This document shows, one piece after another, positions 24,684 to 38,600 of a stretch of 64,000 nucleotides of DNA; the first letter of the stretch is position 1, and every line of letters begins with the position of its first letter. A program made the position numbers and the translations under genes. The notes beneath the pieces were generated by a model, which saw only the letters and a program-made list of their open reading frames with translations, was not told where the DNA came from and did no database searches. Source of the DNA: Paraglomus brasilianum (Eukaryota); the NCBI GenBank assembly GCA_910592345.1, contig CAJVPI010000038.1:1-64000 (forward strand), in the 5' to 3' direction.

Positions 24684-24834
24684 TGTTGTACCTCAGTTCG
24701 GGACTTGTCCGACTGAAATGACTGAGTTCTGGTCCGAGACAACAGAAATGTCTGAGTTCTGGACTGAGACAACTGAGTTCCGGACTGAGATGACTGAGTT
24801 CTAGATTGAGATGGTCCCGAACTGAGGTACAACA
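24684..24834. mobile_element. 151-bp MITE-like element with perfect 21-bp TIRs and internal ~21-bp tandem units
   Basis: tgttgtacctcagttcgggac (24684-24704) is the exact reverse complement of gtcccgaactgaggtacaaca (24814-24834). Internal ctgagttc(t/c)ggactgaga units. Confidence 0.85.
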
Positions 24835-27800
24835 TTACCATGTAATCAATACCGTTATAATTTGTTGTGAAGAAAACCAAGAGATTAAGTCTCTTAGTAA
24901 AGAAGGGATTAAGTGACGGAGGTCATGAGCTAATAAAGTCACTTTTTTTTACCTTTACCATAATACCCCCGCTCATTTTATGAGGCCTCTTTGGGTGAGC
25001 TTCCCTTTGATGATCGCATTGATTGTCAAGTGATGACTTTTTTGCGTGATGAGAGGTAATACGGTGATAAAGTCTTGAGGATAGCAAAATAAATTTCGAG
25101 TATTTAACATGCCATGTATCTAATGTATTAGATTCATATGTATAAGTGTCAGTGACGAATCATAAATGCGATAAATTCAATAGTGTTTCCCCAAAGATAA
25201 GACATTTGCTTTGTTATTAACCTTCTGGTTTCCCTACTCATGATACGTTCTTCCAGAGCCTGGAAACATATTATACAGATTAAGCTTCAACTTTTGTTGT
25301 GCGCCTAACAAACTTGAAATTAAAGTTTAAAATCACGTTATACGATTAAGTCTCGAGTATTAAATCATATTCTATCGTCAGAACCTTAGCACCGTCTGAA
25401 GGATGAAAGGTGAGGTTGATTTACGATTGCTCTTGACTTACCAACATGTGTTTCGTCGCAGGTCACCTGATGCTGCGACAATTGTGACGTTTTTCATCAT
25501 GAGGCATAGCTATACTCATCTTGGAAAATTTATTGCCGGTAATAATTTTGATAAGTGAATGTATTTGTAGAGTTCTTCTCCCAACTTGAACGCTTCAACT
25601 TTTCTACGAGACTTTGCCAATCTGTCAAATGGGCCAATACATCTTTGCCTTTGGTCATTCCCCTCTTCCCATCCTCTGATAATTTACTAAGCTCTCTCCT
25701 CGTCACCTTACAAATTATGCTATCAACTTTGAATACAAACGTTGACTGCTACCCAATAAGTTGTCATTATCAGCTCATGCTCTTGCTAACTATGTTTATA
25801 GGCTGCACACGGTGGACTCGATTGTTCCCAACGAGGATTTTTCGATACTATAGTGCTCCTAATGCTTAGCCTTCACCTTGCCTTCGTGCAACGAAACATC
25901 GATTTAATAGTTTTTCCTTTAGTAAATTCTTCTCCGTATAGATAGTCATTCTGATCTATTGGTAATTGTTAGAACATAAATTACATGGTTTAGATTTGCA
26001 ATAGTCGTGTTATCAACATGCCAAGTAGATCGTGATTAACACATCATATGTCTATTGGCGAGTAAAATAATAATATTTTTATTTTAAGTTTCATTTCAGG
26101 AAAGGTGTGATCAACTCAAATTAAAGTAATCTAACAAGACAGCCTATCAATGATATAGTAAATTTATGTTCGATTAAGGGACTGCTTATTTTTGACATTG
26201 CACTGATTAAATATTATACAAACAGCACTACAAGCACAATTATCCGGTCAGTCGACAAGTCTAGACAATAATAACAACAGTCACTGAGCCATAAAAGTTG
26301 ATAACTCAGTATTCGAATAGGCAAGTGACATATAAATGATTGTATATAATTAGGAAGCCTTTTGTGTACGTCATCCTTGGATATTTGCAAAACTTGGCTG
26401 ATATATCAAGCAAGAAGTATATTTATGTGTTGTTCTTCTTTCATCTTATTATAGTACAGAAGGAAGCATCCGAAATGCGAAAGGTGTTTCTTAAATGTCC
26501 TTATAAATCGAACATCCGATTCGTTTTCTTTGTTGAGGTGGTTGTAAGTCTAACCTCCAATCGGAAGTTCACAAAAAGGATTCAATAGCGAAAGCATACA
26601 TTTATTTCAACAAATCGGCGACTTAAAAAATCATGATCATGATATTTCATCGAATGACCATTCCTCTTCCAATTTGAATGTAGTTGTTTCAATCCTTGTG
26701 ATTCATAACAAGTGACTGGCACTGACTGATGAAAATCAATAACAGACTATTTTTAGACTTACTATATGGCTAACATTCAAAATGAATGTACAGTATTTCA
26801 AATTATACAATGTCTTACATACAACTTCTTTTAACTTCGCCAAGGCAGCGTGTTTGTGCTTACAGATAAGATTAGTTCGTATGCGGTTCTAACTATTGCA
26901 TAATTCTTTGCGCAACACAGTAGCCGATCGGATTGAAAAGAGTCTTTGCGAATTGCGAGATAACTGCAATGGATCAAATCACGCAAACAGGTCTTTGTAA
27001 ACTTGACAATATTATCCTGCCCGAAATGTACTGCAAATTAAGAGCGAGTGAATTGATAGAAAAGCTGCTAATCTTGAGAGAGCATAATTCCGTTGTGTGC
27101 AATCCGACGATGGATTGAAGAAATGGGTGAAGTTAATGTTAGTGACAGTGTCAAAGATGATATTGCAATAAATTATAGGTTCCACCAGAGTGACTTAACC
27201 AGTTATACTCTTTAATAGCTTGGATTCATGGTATTTGTTTGCGCAAATGCCAGGCAAGACTAAAAGTCCGTAGATTATAACTATAGTTATACCAGATTGT
27301 TGATTACGACATCCTTCTAAAGACAAAAAACGTAGATCCGTTTAACCTTTCAATCTCTCTTATTATTATATTACTGATTCGCTTTAATTAACTTGATGTC
27401 AATGGATATTGATCGACATTATGAAACATAATAATAAAATGCGAATTCGTGTCACTTGCTGATTAGTGACCCCTGAAAATACGTTGTGGCACTTTGTATA
27501 CTTTGCATGGTTTGGCCTTTTTTTTTTCTTTTTTTTTCACCTTTTCAAAAAGTTGAGCTTTTTCAGTCAATTCAATCATGCAAGATTCTCCATGGAAGCA
27601 CTCGATCGTTTACGACTATTTGCTATTGGTAATGCAATAGTAATAGTAAAAGAACAGAATATACAACATTTTCACTATTGTTTCAAATTAAACCTCATAT
27701 CCTGTCCATCATTTTTACATTGTTACTTGTCATTTGTGTAAATATAATGTTTTAATTTCTTAGAATCAATTGAGTCATACACGATTCTTCTAACTGCGTA

Positions 27801-28872
27801 GTTTTGGTCTACTCGTTCTTAAAATTACTTCACGATTACGGCGTACGAATGCGCGGTGATAATATTAAAATTTTGCAGCACGCACACGACAAAATTGGTG
27901 CTAATTACAATGGGATTCGTGCACAAAGACTATTTATTTCGTCCAAAAAAAGGAATATCGTTATCAGCCAATTTAGGGACAATGGGAAACGGGGATTAAA
28001 GTTACATGTGATTGCAGTCATGTGATAGCCAATAGTAATAGGTAAAACAATATGTCAATACAGTCTGTGGGTGACATGCTGACATGCGTTATATATATTG
28101 ATATATATTCTTTGAAATCTACTCGTAAAAAATCATTATTTCGTTCGTAATTGTTTATTAATCAAGTTGCATGCTGTGCATTCGATATGCTATTTTGCTC
28201 TTCCAAAAACTCCTCCCGGATACAGCCGTGTCCAATGACTTGCAGTGAGTGTCTGTCATTTATTTAACTTAGATTGTGAGATGGGAAATAGAATGATGAT
28301 CGCATCAACATAGCTAGTGTAAATAGTATAAATAATAATATAAATATGTATCCTTGTCGCACAATACAAACAATCAATCGTTAATCGTTAATCGTCAATA
28401 ACAATACTCTATCAGTGACTGACTATGGTTATAGTCAAGCACTCATTGTTACTTCATCAACCTCCATTTTTAAAATATGAACCCTATTTCGTCAATCTCT
28501 AATCTCTCTTTTTCTCTGTCCAGCAAAGCCCCATTTATCATATCAACGCTACTACTACTACTACTACTCGGAACATTTAGCCCAATTCTCCCTCCCGTTC
28601 AATTTCTGCATAAACAACTTCTGCATCCCAACTGACACCGATTGCCAAATTTCCTCGCATCCACTACAAATTATTGTTGTGTACACTCACGGCCCTTTTT
28701 TATCATTAACATACTCTTCACAATAATCTTATTCTTCTTGTTAACTACCCAGTATCAATCACTTTCGTCCAATTCTCGTTACATACTTATTACATACTCA
28801 TAATATTCTGATACACACATTACCCTACCGCTCACGAACTCGTTTCGTTTCTCCGACACCCAACTTGTATAC

Positions 28873-31177
28873 ATGCACTCTTACAAAATGGACCAACCAC
28901 CTCCTTCGTCGCAGAAAAGAACGCTTCTTGAAGACAACATACCTGATATATCCACAGGCGGTGCACCAGATCACCAGTCCAAGCGGATCAGAATTACCCT
29001 CCCACCGCCCGTATCGCTGATATCGCCCACCCAACAGGGTAATGCTACGTTGAATTCTTTATATTCATTACCACTTCCGACACCTGCTCCACCCCAACAA
29101 TTGCCAGCCCCCGTAGTATTGCCTCCGTTGAGTGCAACAGTTTCAACAATGTTAACATCCCCGATATCCAGCCAGAAATTAGCGCATCAGACAAGAGAAC
29201 TTCCGCCGATAGAATCACTTGCACCACCTCCTTTGGGTCTTCAACAACCGCCGCCGCTGCCGCCACCCCCACCACCTCCTCCACCTCAAGCTACGTCCAC
29301 TACTTCGATTAACAGAATGTCAGTCAAATCAATACTAACATCCCCCGATTTGCAACCATTCAAAACGATGTCATCACCGTCCGTGTCCCAACTTCCACCT
29401 TCCTTTCCACTACAACAACCACTCTCTCAGTCAGAGTCATTCGGATCATTCTCACCTCCTCCCACGTTAAATTTGCCCAACGGACATAGAGAACCACAGG
29501 TAATTGTTGAGAACGATGAGTCTTTGAACATGGATGGGATTCAAGAGAGAAGATTAGGTAAGTGCAATATGTGCTGCGGAGCTGGTCTCGCAATATAAAT
29601 GTGTGATGACAATAAACAAAGCATTCACGACCTGAACATAAGCCATCACCCGTAGCGCTAATAATTACTCATAAAGGATCTCCCTTCTCATTTCAATTCA
29701 GGTTACGTAATATACAGTCCCAAGGAAATTCTCCCACCTCTGGAATTCAAAGAAAATGGTCTTCTCGAAGTTTGGATTCCATCAATGCATCTAACGTGGG
29801 ACAACCAAAAAGTACGGAAGCGAGAACTTTGGGGAACTGATATTTATACTGATGATTCAGATGTGGTTGCTGGTACGTTTTGTTGTGTTAATGATTTTTA
29901 TTCACAGTATTGCGCATAATCGATAGATCACACGGCGAATGTCATTTCTCTCATATACCAATACCATCCTTTTCTCTCTCTCGATTCCATACAATCCTCA
30001 AGCCTTAATACATACAGGCAAATACGTTCCAAAGACGTCAAATTACCCAGATTCGTTCGACTACCCAGACCACGATCTATGCGTCACTGTACGAGTGATG
30101 CCCAAATTAATGCGCTATCACGGTAGTATGCGACATAAAATGCTAAGCAGATCGTGGGGAAATCATCATGGGGGAAGTTACAAAATCGAGAATATACAGG
30201 AAATGAAGGTGGGTCGTGATGAAAAAACGATATCAACCTTTACCCGAATGATTTTCCGAGGTTTAATCTAACTCTGCCTTCGTTGCCATTTTTTTGCCTT
30301 TTTATTATTCGATCACATACTCCTTTATCCCTAATCACTCGAACAGAAAGGAGAATCATTGGGGCGATCTCGTTGGCACGGTCGAAAAGAAAGGTTACGA
30401 AAATACCTGCAGATGCGTAAGAAAGTTCTCGGCGACCAGTCAGAAAAAGTTTTTGCATTTAATAGCGAGAGCGATCCTTGGTGAGTGTGAGGGTTAAAAA
30501 GAGGAATTTTGGGAACGAGTCATGTTGTTGTGGTGTTGTGGTGTTGTGGTGTTGGCAATGGCAGAACATGGATATGAAAATATAATACTTATTTTATTTT
30601 TTTTTGTGTAGTCTTAAATATAACAAAGATTTGATGTCGGACCCGGATGAATTAAAAGAACGATTAAAAGATGAAGTCGCGATTCTTGAGAATGACTACG
30701 AACGGTAGGCACATTATTAAACCGTCGTCATATAATAGCCATACTATCTTCCATCAGTGTTTCACTCGCGCCCACATATCTTCTCTTTCAATTCTAATTA
30801 GCTACGAACTTTCTTACGACTCGCAAACTTTAAAGTACCGCTTCGCCGTCATATCATCACACGTTCATCTCAGTTCATCAGGCTGCTATCGGTCCAACAG
30901 CAACGGCATTTCTAATTCGGATATTCCGTCGCTGCCATTGGACAGCTCGAGCGTAGACGAAACGATATCGGATAACTTGGAGATACGCGATTTAGATTGG
31001 AATCCGGTTGGGTTGGTTATTAGAATTCCGTCTGGAGAGGGACAGTGTGTAGGAACGAATGGGATTGGAAGTGGGAACGGGCATGTGAACGGAAATGGAA
31101 ATGCGAATGGAAGTGTTCAAGCAAGAAGCATGTTGGTTGTCGTTAAACTAGTGTATTGGAGAAAGAGGACGAGATGA
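28873..31177 (+). CDS. RXT3: Rxt3-like histone deacetylase (Rpd3L) complex subunit, 6 exons, Pro-rich N-terminus
   Basis: Spliced product: LLEVWIPSMHL...RKRELWGTDIYTDDSDVVAALIHTG...DLCVTVRVMPKLMRYHGSMRHKMLSRSWGNHHGGSYKIE. All GT-AG junctions keep the frame. Confidence 0.85.
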
Positions 31178-33408
31178 AAAGCCACAAGCGATGTGAAAAA
31201 AAAAAGTTGGGCAATCAATTTTCTCTATTAGAATGAATTTGTTGATATATTTCTCTGAATGGCATTCTCGTTATCACTAATTGTGAGCACGGTTAGTCCA
31301 AATTGACATGAACATTGGTTGTATTACTATTATTTGTTGTATGCCGAATAAGAATAATTGCTGTTGATTTGCAAGTTGCATGTTTGGATGCATTTCTGTT
31401 TTTAATTGTCTCTACAAAATAGGACAGAATCTGATGGTGGGAAATACTTTATGATTAATGATGATTTGATTGCTGTATTCGCATAGATCTGTAATAAATG
31501 AAGCGAGTTAAAATTGTAATGACTTTGGTAACTGACCTATGATTGGTACTTGATGAAGTGTGATAATATCAGCTGTATGTAAATTGCTTTACTATTGGTT
31601 GAAATGTGAAATAGTAGGTAATAACACTCCCACTCCTATAATACCTATACCTCCTCTTCCATTACATCTCCAAAATCTATAGCTACCCTCTTTTCTACCT
31701 TAGTTGTGGGATCTTATAACCCTCCCTCATTTATTGCACGCCTGTCTTTAAAATGAGCTTTAACATGTATATGTAGTTCAGCAATAAAGTTATACTTATT
31801 GAAATAGTAATAACACCCAAATCAACAAGTTTCGGGATTAGCGTGTTTTCCCAATTTGTTAAATTTTCTGAATGTTTGACCAATGCGCTTACTGCATCTC
31901 AAAATGCATGAATGGTTTCAAATAATACACATTGTTGCAGTGCAGAACTCGTGTTGAAGTTACAACAGCCCTGACTAAATTATTTGCTAATCGGCAAACC
32001 TTTAAAAGGCTATGCAATGTATTGTTCAAAAAGACATTACCAATGTTGCATCACAAACCTTTCCAATCGAGCGTTCCACCGATATATTGGTACATAAGGG
32101 TCTATTACCACTATGAACTTAATATGCTCGATTTGGTTATACTTGCACATGATACTGCAGTAAACTATAAACAGAAATTTGTGCTTTGACATGAGACGGA
32201 GAGAAAGCACAACTTTGAATTAGCGTGATGACCCTTTAGCTTTTTGACAATAGGTATGTATGTTTGGGTCAATAAGCTGTTCTTCATAGAGTCTCTGATA
32301 AACTTTGAATTTTCCAAGATTGAGTCTTACGATCCATTCTATGTCGCGCGTGTTAGTCTATTCGAGCATATATTATTCTGGATAGTTACACAAGCCTATT
32401 ATGAAGTGTCATATATTACGATAACATAGTAATAGTAATAGCGATAGTATTGTTACGCGATTTGTAGGAAGGCATGTGACTTTATTTGGCGTTCAGCCAG
32501 ACATTACACAATAGCTTATTATACAAATTTGGCAAAGCATCTCTCTAACCCTTCGATGGCTCGATACCATATTTGGTTAGAAATAGAAGCAGCAACGACA
32601 TTCCCTTTGCCAAGTAACAACGTTTCGATATCTGGCGAATAAATTTTGTTCGCCGCTGACCCGTATTAGCCAATTACTGTAAGCATTTTTTTGCGAGTGC
32701 TTGTTGTGGTTTGAATTTGCTTTTATTTAGTGTTACTTTTATTATTATAGACCCTTTAACTATACAGGGTGTCTCATATTACAAACGCGAATTTCTGCGC
32801 ATCAATTATAATTGGTCATACTCTGTGTGCAATAAATAGCAGATTCAAATCCTCCGCAATCTTTTTTTCTAATTCACCGGATTTTTCTTTAACAGATCAT
32901 TTTTATCTTCCTCTCTCTAAAAATTTTGATTAATACGTGTCTCTAGCCTTCCTGACGTCTCTAAAATACTTCAGACGTAAACCCGCGAGTTGGATAAGTT
33001 TTTTGAATGTGTGTTCAGAAGAACCATTCGAGCACAAGATAGTGAAAGATCTCAATATCATTTTTAAAAGTAAACAGGAAATTAGATCTAAAAAGAGCAG
33101 AATCTTTTCTCGATAAATCAGCAAAAAAAAAAGTATATTTTTATATATGCATAAACATATGTAATTACGTTCACTTAACTGTTGTATCTTTATCGTCAAT
33201 GCAATATCCCGTCTTTCCTTGGATTCTACTAGTGAAAAGGTCTTTATTTTAAGGCGATGATGTCAATCGTTCTCATTCATCTATACTAAATTGTCTGCTC
33301 CCCATCTTAGTTAGCCCGAAACGTTCCGTGACTTCTACAAGAGCGTCAGGGTGCGATTATGTCATTATGTCTGTATATTACCATGACTTTACCAAATTTA
33401 CGTGTAGA

Positions 33409-33968
33409 GGAATTCCAAATTAGATATCGCTCATGGGATCCAACAATCAATGGAACGACCGCGGCCTTCCACTATGGCACCCATTACTTATCTGCGATGA
33501 TCGTTTGTTCTTATTTAATACGACTTGAACCATTTACACAACAGTATCTTAAGCTCCAGGTAAGTTTAATAATAAAATTGTAACTTTGTTGACATGCTTA
33601 GCGATAACGATTTACCATACTTTCTAATTTACCCCCGAGAGGAATGTTTTTCTTTAATAGGTTTCGCAAATAGTCTAACCTTTTATTTTCGTTATAGGGC
33701 GGGACATTTTGACCATGCGGATCGATTATTCCATTCGATTGGCAAGCATGGTTATCAATTAATTCTAGAATTCTTTTATCTTCCAGAGTTTCTAGGGAAC
33801 ACGAATAAGTTCAACTTTGGCAATGATACAGTGAATACGGAGACGTCGCTTACTTAAAATTTTGTGCATTAGGTGTTAAACAAGCAGGTGGAGAAGTTAT
33901 TGATTCGGTGATTCTTCCGTCATCGGCGAAAGGAGATCCACGAGTATTTATTCATAAACACCGTAAGG
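33409..33968 (+). pseudogene. Intron-retaining fragment of a BEACH-domain (Bph1/beige-like) gene
   Basis: AFHYGTHYLSAMIVCSYLIRLEPFTQQYLKLQ|GGHFDHADRLFHSIGK...LILEFFYLPEFL..NKFNFG|VKQ..VILP..AKGDPRVFIHKHRK. Has an internal deletion and no flanking exons. Confidence 0.85.
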
Positions 33969-35649
33969 TAGCTAATATTTCACACTTTTTCGTTTTCTTG
34001 TGAGATAAATACACTGCCAGACAAGCATAGATCAGTATTTTACGCAATCATTATGTGAAACTAATAAAGTAGAATACAACATATCGTTATTTAATGGTAT
34101 TACATGATTTACTCCCTAAATGAAATTTTCGGAGGGCGTCGATCCATACGTTATGGATTCTTGATGACGTCAAACACAATTCGTATAGTATACTATAATT
34201 CGTACTCGAAAGATGCACACTATTAAGAGCTGGTATCGAATTATGCTTATGCCGGACTTGCGGCAATTGCCACTTAAAGTCTGATTTAAGAATATTGGAT
34301 TAGTTGTTGAAAGAGCAAATATGAGGACAGAGTTATCGGTTTGGAATCTAACAGCTAATAGAATCAAACCCGTAACAATAATTAATGTTATCTTAATAAA
34401 ACTGCAGCCAAACTGCATTAGAAAAAATCGTGGCACATAAAAATAGAATAGGTGTTAAAAACTAGATACATCAAAAAGTATAATGAGAATAGCTATTTGC
34501 CCATCGCGAAGACAGGAATTATTCGACTTTGATCGATTTATTACTTGATCAACAAGATTATATAATACTTAATCTAATTTAAACTCACCCTAAAGCGTGG
34601 AATAGAGATGTCTCTTCGTTAATAAAGACAGATGTGAGCCATAATAATAATTCAAAAAAAACAAACAAACCAAAAGTTACCGTAACGAAAGATTGAAATC
34701 ACATGAAAAGTCTTCAGCGTGTGACAGCTAATGTAATAATAATAATAATAACCCAAAACAAAACGCGGTCATCGAAATAAATGATACAAATACGGTAGAG
34801 TTGCTCTAAAAATTATATTTTCGGTAAATAAACAGCGATTGTCTATAAGGATTAAAGATAAAAATATGAGAAAATTCTCATAAAAGACGCATCTTAATAT
34901 AGCTCTTTCGAATATAAATACAAATAATCGTTAATTGTTGTTCTAATAATAGTTTATTATTGTTTGCTGTTTGCTGGCTATCGCTTAAAAGGAAGCTTAG
35001 AGTAACATCTAGCTGTGTTGAGCGGTTGTCGTGGCGTCTCAGACCAAACCAGGAAAGAATAGATTATTCTTATTAGTTTAGTTCAAATACTCGAGTTTGA
35101 GTTTATGTACCAGATATTAATATAGGAAACCCCGCTCAGATGTTAACCGCGTATTAGAGCTAATACTAATTGACAATATCTTCCCTAGTCACTGATGCTC
35201 GCTTAGTGTTGAATGAATGAATAGTGGAGTTATATTCACATTCTTTGTTATATTGTTTTACTGCATTATTCCGAATTTGGAATGACGTAATGATTTTCTT
35301 TTGAGGTGGACATACATTCTAATATAATGCAACAAGTAAAAAGCTAATTTTATACGTTGAAAACGCTAACTCGTATTGGTAAACCAGATATTATAATTTT
35401 GTCACCTGACCATCCAAACCCCTAATACTAATACTAACAAACAGATCTACAAACTAATCCGTTCGCACGAAAAATATCATCATTGGCGTACTCACAAATA
35501 CGCCAATCGGAAAACCCTATACTCTCGGCATTTGTCTTTAACCTTAATAGTCGACCGACCACAATGCGTGTATTAGACCATATAGAACTCGAAAGACTTA
35601 AAAGTGCTAACTCTCCGATCCTCGAAATCACACCTTGTAACCTATCTGA

Positions 35650-38600
35650 ATGACCAGCAAAGATCCTGTAAAGTCGCGATTCATCGAAGCAGATCTAGAT
35701 ACCAACCCCGAAGTCTCAGACAATGCCTTGGAGCAACAACAAGACGAATGGGGCTGGTCTGACGACGAGGACGATCTTGATATGAAACGGTCGGCAACAA
35801 TTCGTTCGATGACCGATGAAAACTTGAAATATTTGAACACGAATGTGGAGACGGGTTTGAATGATCTAGAAGTTAAAGGGAGGCAAAAAATCTTTGGCAA
35901 GGTTTGAACATGCTTTGATATGAAGAGGGGAATTATTATCATAGTAATTAAATAACGGGAATTCCAAGTCGAAAAAAACGGATATGGAACGCGATTCAAG
36001 TGAAATTGGGCTAAGCATTCAAGTTGTTGTTCTTGTAGAACATGTTGAAAGAGGAGATAGAAAGTCCATGGAAAAAGATCGCGTCGTATTTCTGGGGACC
36101 AAGTGGGTATCAGTTGCAGTTGCACTTGGCATTTCCCGTCGTGTCGATCGATCGAACGATAATGATATTTATGTTTCTTGATATTAGTTCAAGCTATGAT
36201 TGAAATTGCAGCTATTCTTGCTGCCGCGTTGAGAAAATGTAAGTTGAAAAACCAAAACTTGATCCGATTGCATTACCAGCATGATAAATTTTGGAATGGC
36301 TTCAGAAACCTCAATTAAATATTTTAATTCTCCCTAAATATAGGGGTAAGATTTTCGCAGATTCTTGTTTATCTTAGTCACAAGTTACTTTACTCCATAA
36401 TTTCGTTCTCTACGTTATTTATTCGACGCAGGTGGATATGGTGAGCGAAAATGTGCATTTTGCGTTCCGTCTATTTCCCCATGCTCCTTCCTCAGTTAAA
36501 CATATCCATTGACATATAACGTTTAGGGGGTCATCATCGGGTTATTAGTTCTCAACGCAATAGTAGGATTTTTGCAAGAAAAGCAGGCTGGTGATGCTAT
36601 CAAGGAACTAACAAAGGAACTCGCACTCAAAGCGAGAGTAAAGAGAAATGGAAAAATTGTGGAAATTGACGCGACCGGTAAGTGTAAGAATGCATTTATT
36701 TGGAAGCACGAGGAATTGACTTTTGAATAATGGTCAAAAAATGGTGTAGAATTAGTCGTTGGCGATATCATTCATTTAGCTGAAGGAGATGTGGTAAGTA
36801 GTTAAGCATTAAACGTGGTTATATAATTACTGTATTTTATTATTTAACCGATTTGATATTCATTTCATCATTTAGGTGCCAGCTGATACCAAAGTGGTAG
36901 GCCAGGGCGCGTTTGTTCAAGTGGACCAATCTTCCATAACTGGTAAATACAAGATGATAATGGATAATATAAATTGTATATGTCCCGATTTTCACAAATT
37001 CGTCATGTTATTATCCGCGACGATATTACCCTAGGTGAATCCCTACCTGTTCGTAAAGGTGAAAATGACATTCTCTATTCCAGTTCGGCCATAAAACGCG
37101 GAGAGGTTACTGCTATAGTGGTGTCGATTGGTGACCAAACTTACATTGGACATGCGGCAGCGCTTGTTCAGAGTACAAAACGTGTCGGACACTTTTCGGC
37201 AGTACTAAATAAAATGGGGAAAGGGCTAATATTCGGAGCTTATATATGTATCTTTATAGTCGTCATAGCTAGTTTCTTTCGCGGAGCAGACTTTTCTACG
37301 ATATTTGCATTTGTAGCAGGTTTAGTAGTAGTTGCTGTCCCTATTGCATTACCAGCTGTGATTACGACTACTTTAGCCGTTGGTGCCACCCAGTTGGCTA
37401 GGAAGCATGCCATTGTGCGCGAATTGGGAGCCATTGAGAGCTTGGCAGCCGTCGACGTGCTTTGTACGGATAAGGTATGCGTGAATGGCAATGTGTTATT
37501 CGTACAATATTTAAGGCAGAAAATAATTTCTAATCGTTAGTTGTATAGACAGGAACGCTTACAATGAACAAACTGAAAGTAGCACACCAATTCATTATGG
37601 AGGGTACTACTACCGAAGTGCTTTTTACCGTTGCTGCCTTAGCCTCACAGAGAACGCGTAAGGGAATAGACGCAATCGATAAATCTATAATGAAGCATAT
37701 CTACGCCCATCATAGACACATTTTTCCTATTATTGACAGCTATAAAGTTGTAGAGTTTAATCCATTTGATCCAGTATCAAAAAGGTATTGTTTGATTATC
37801 AACGTTATAATGGATAGTATCGATTATAACGTCCGTGCATTTCTATATTGTTAGAATTCTCGTAAAATTAGAGAAAGACGGTAAAGAATACATGGCCACT
37901 AAAGGCGCCCCTCAGGTAATCCTCCAGATGGCACAAGAAGACTCTCAGATTGACGAACGACATCTCGACGACTACAACAATGCTGTGAATGAATTTGCCA
38001 AACGAGGTTTTCGTTCCATTGGAGTCGCATTCAAGGAACCAGACTCAAAATGGCAAATAATTGGTATAATCTCTTTATTCGACCCCCCTCGTTATGATAC
38101 CAAGGAGACTCTTGCACAGGCCGTTACCCTCGGATTGAAAGTCAAGATGTTAACTGGAGATCAATTAGCTATTGCCAAAGAGACAGCTCGACAATTGAGA
38201 CTGGGGTTGAACATATATGATAGTACGAAATTAGGTTTAGGTTCTAGAGAGAAAGACGATCAGCAGCCGTCAGCGAGTGAACTGGAAGAATTTGCAGAAA
38301 ATGCTGATGGATTTGCACAGGTGTAAGTTTGTATTTCACTTGCTAAAACAAGAATGGTGCCAAAAGTGTGGGCTGACGTGTTTAAGCCGTCCATCCGTGC
38401 AGATTTCCTGACCACAAGTACAAAGTAGTCGATATTCTGCAAAAAAGGAAACACATTGTTGCAATGACTGGTGATGGAGTTAACGATGCCCCATCACTAA
38501 AGAAGGCTGATGTTGGTATTGCTGTCAAAGATGCTTCTAACGCAGCCAGAGTAGCGGCCAGTATCGTTTTCATGGAAGCTGGATTGGGTGTAATTATTGA

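Noticed and set aside
24653..24880. CRISPR-like array or SQSRTQ repeat protein
   Set aside because: Eukaryotic DNA, no unique spacers, and the units lie within MITE TIRs.
25530..25745. Coding-like minus-strand frame (FVFKVDSIICKVTRRELSKL...)
   Set aside because: No recognisable family, start or exon chain; cannot be supported without a homology search.
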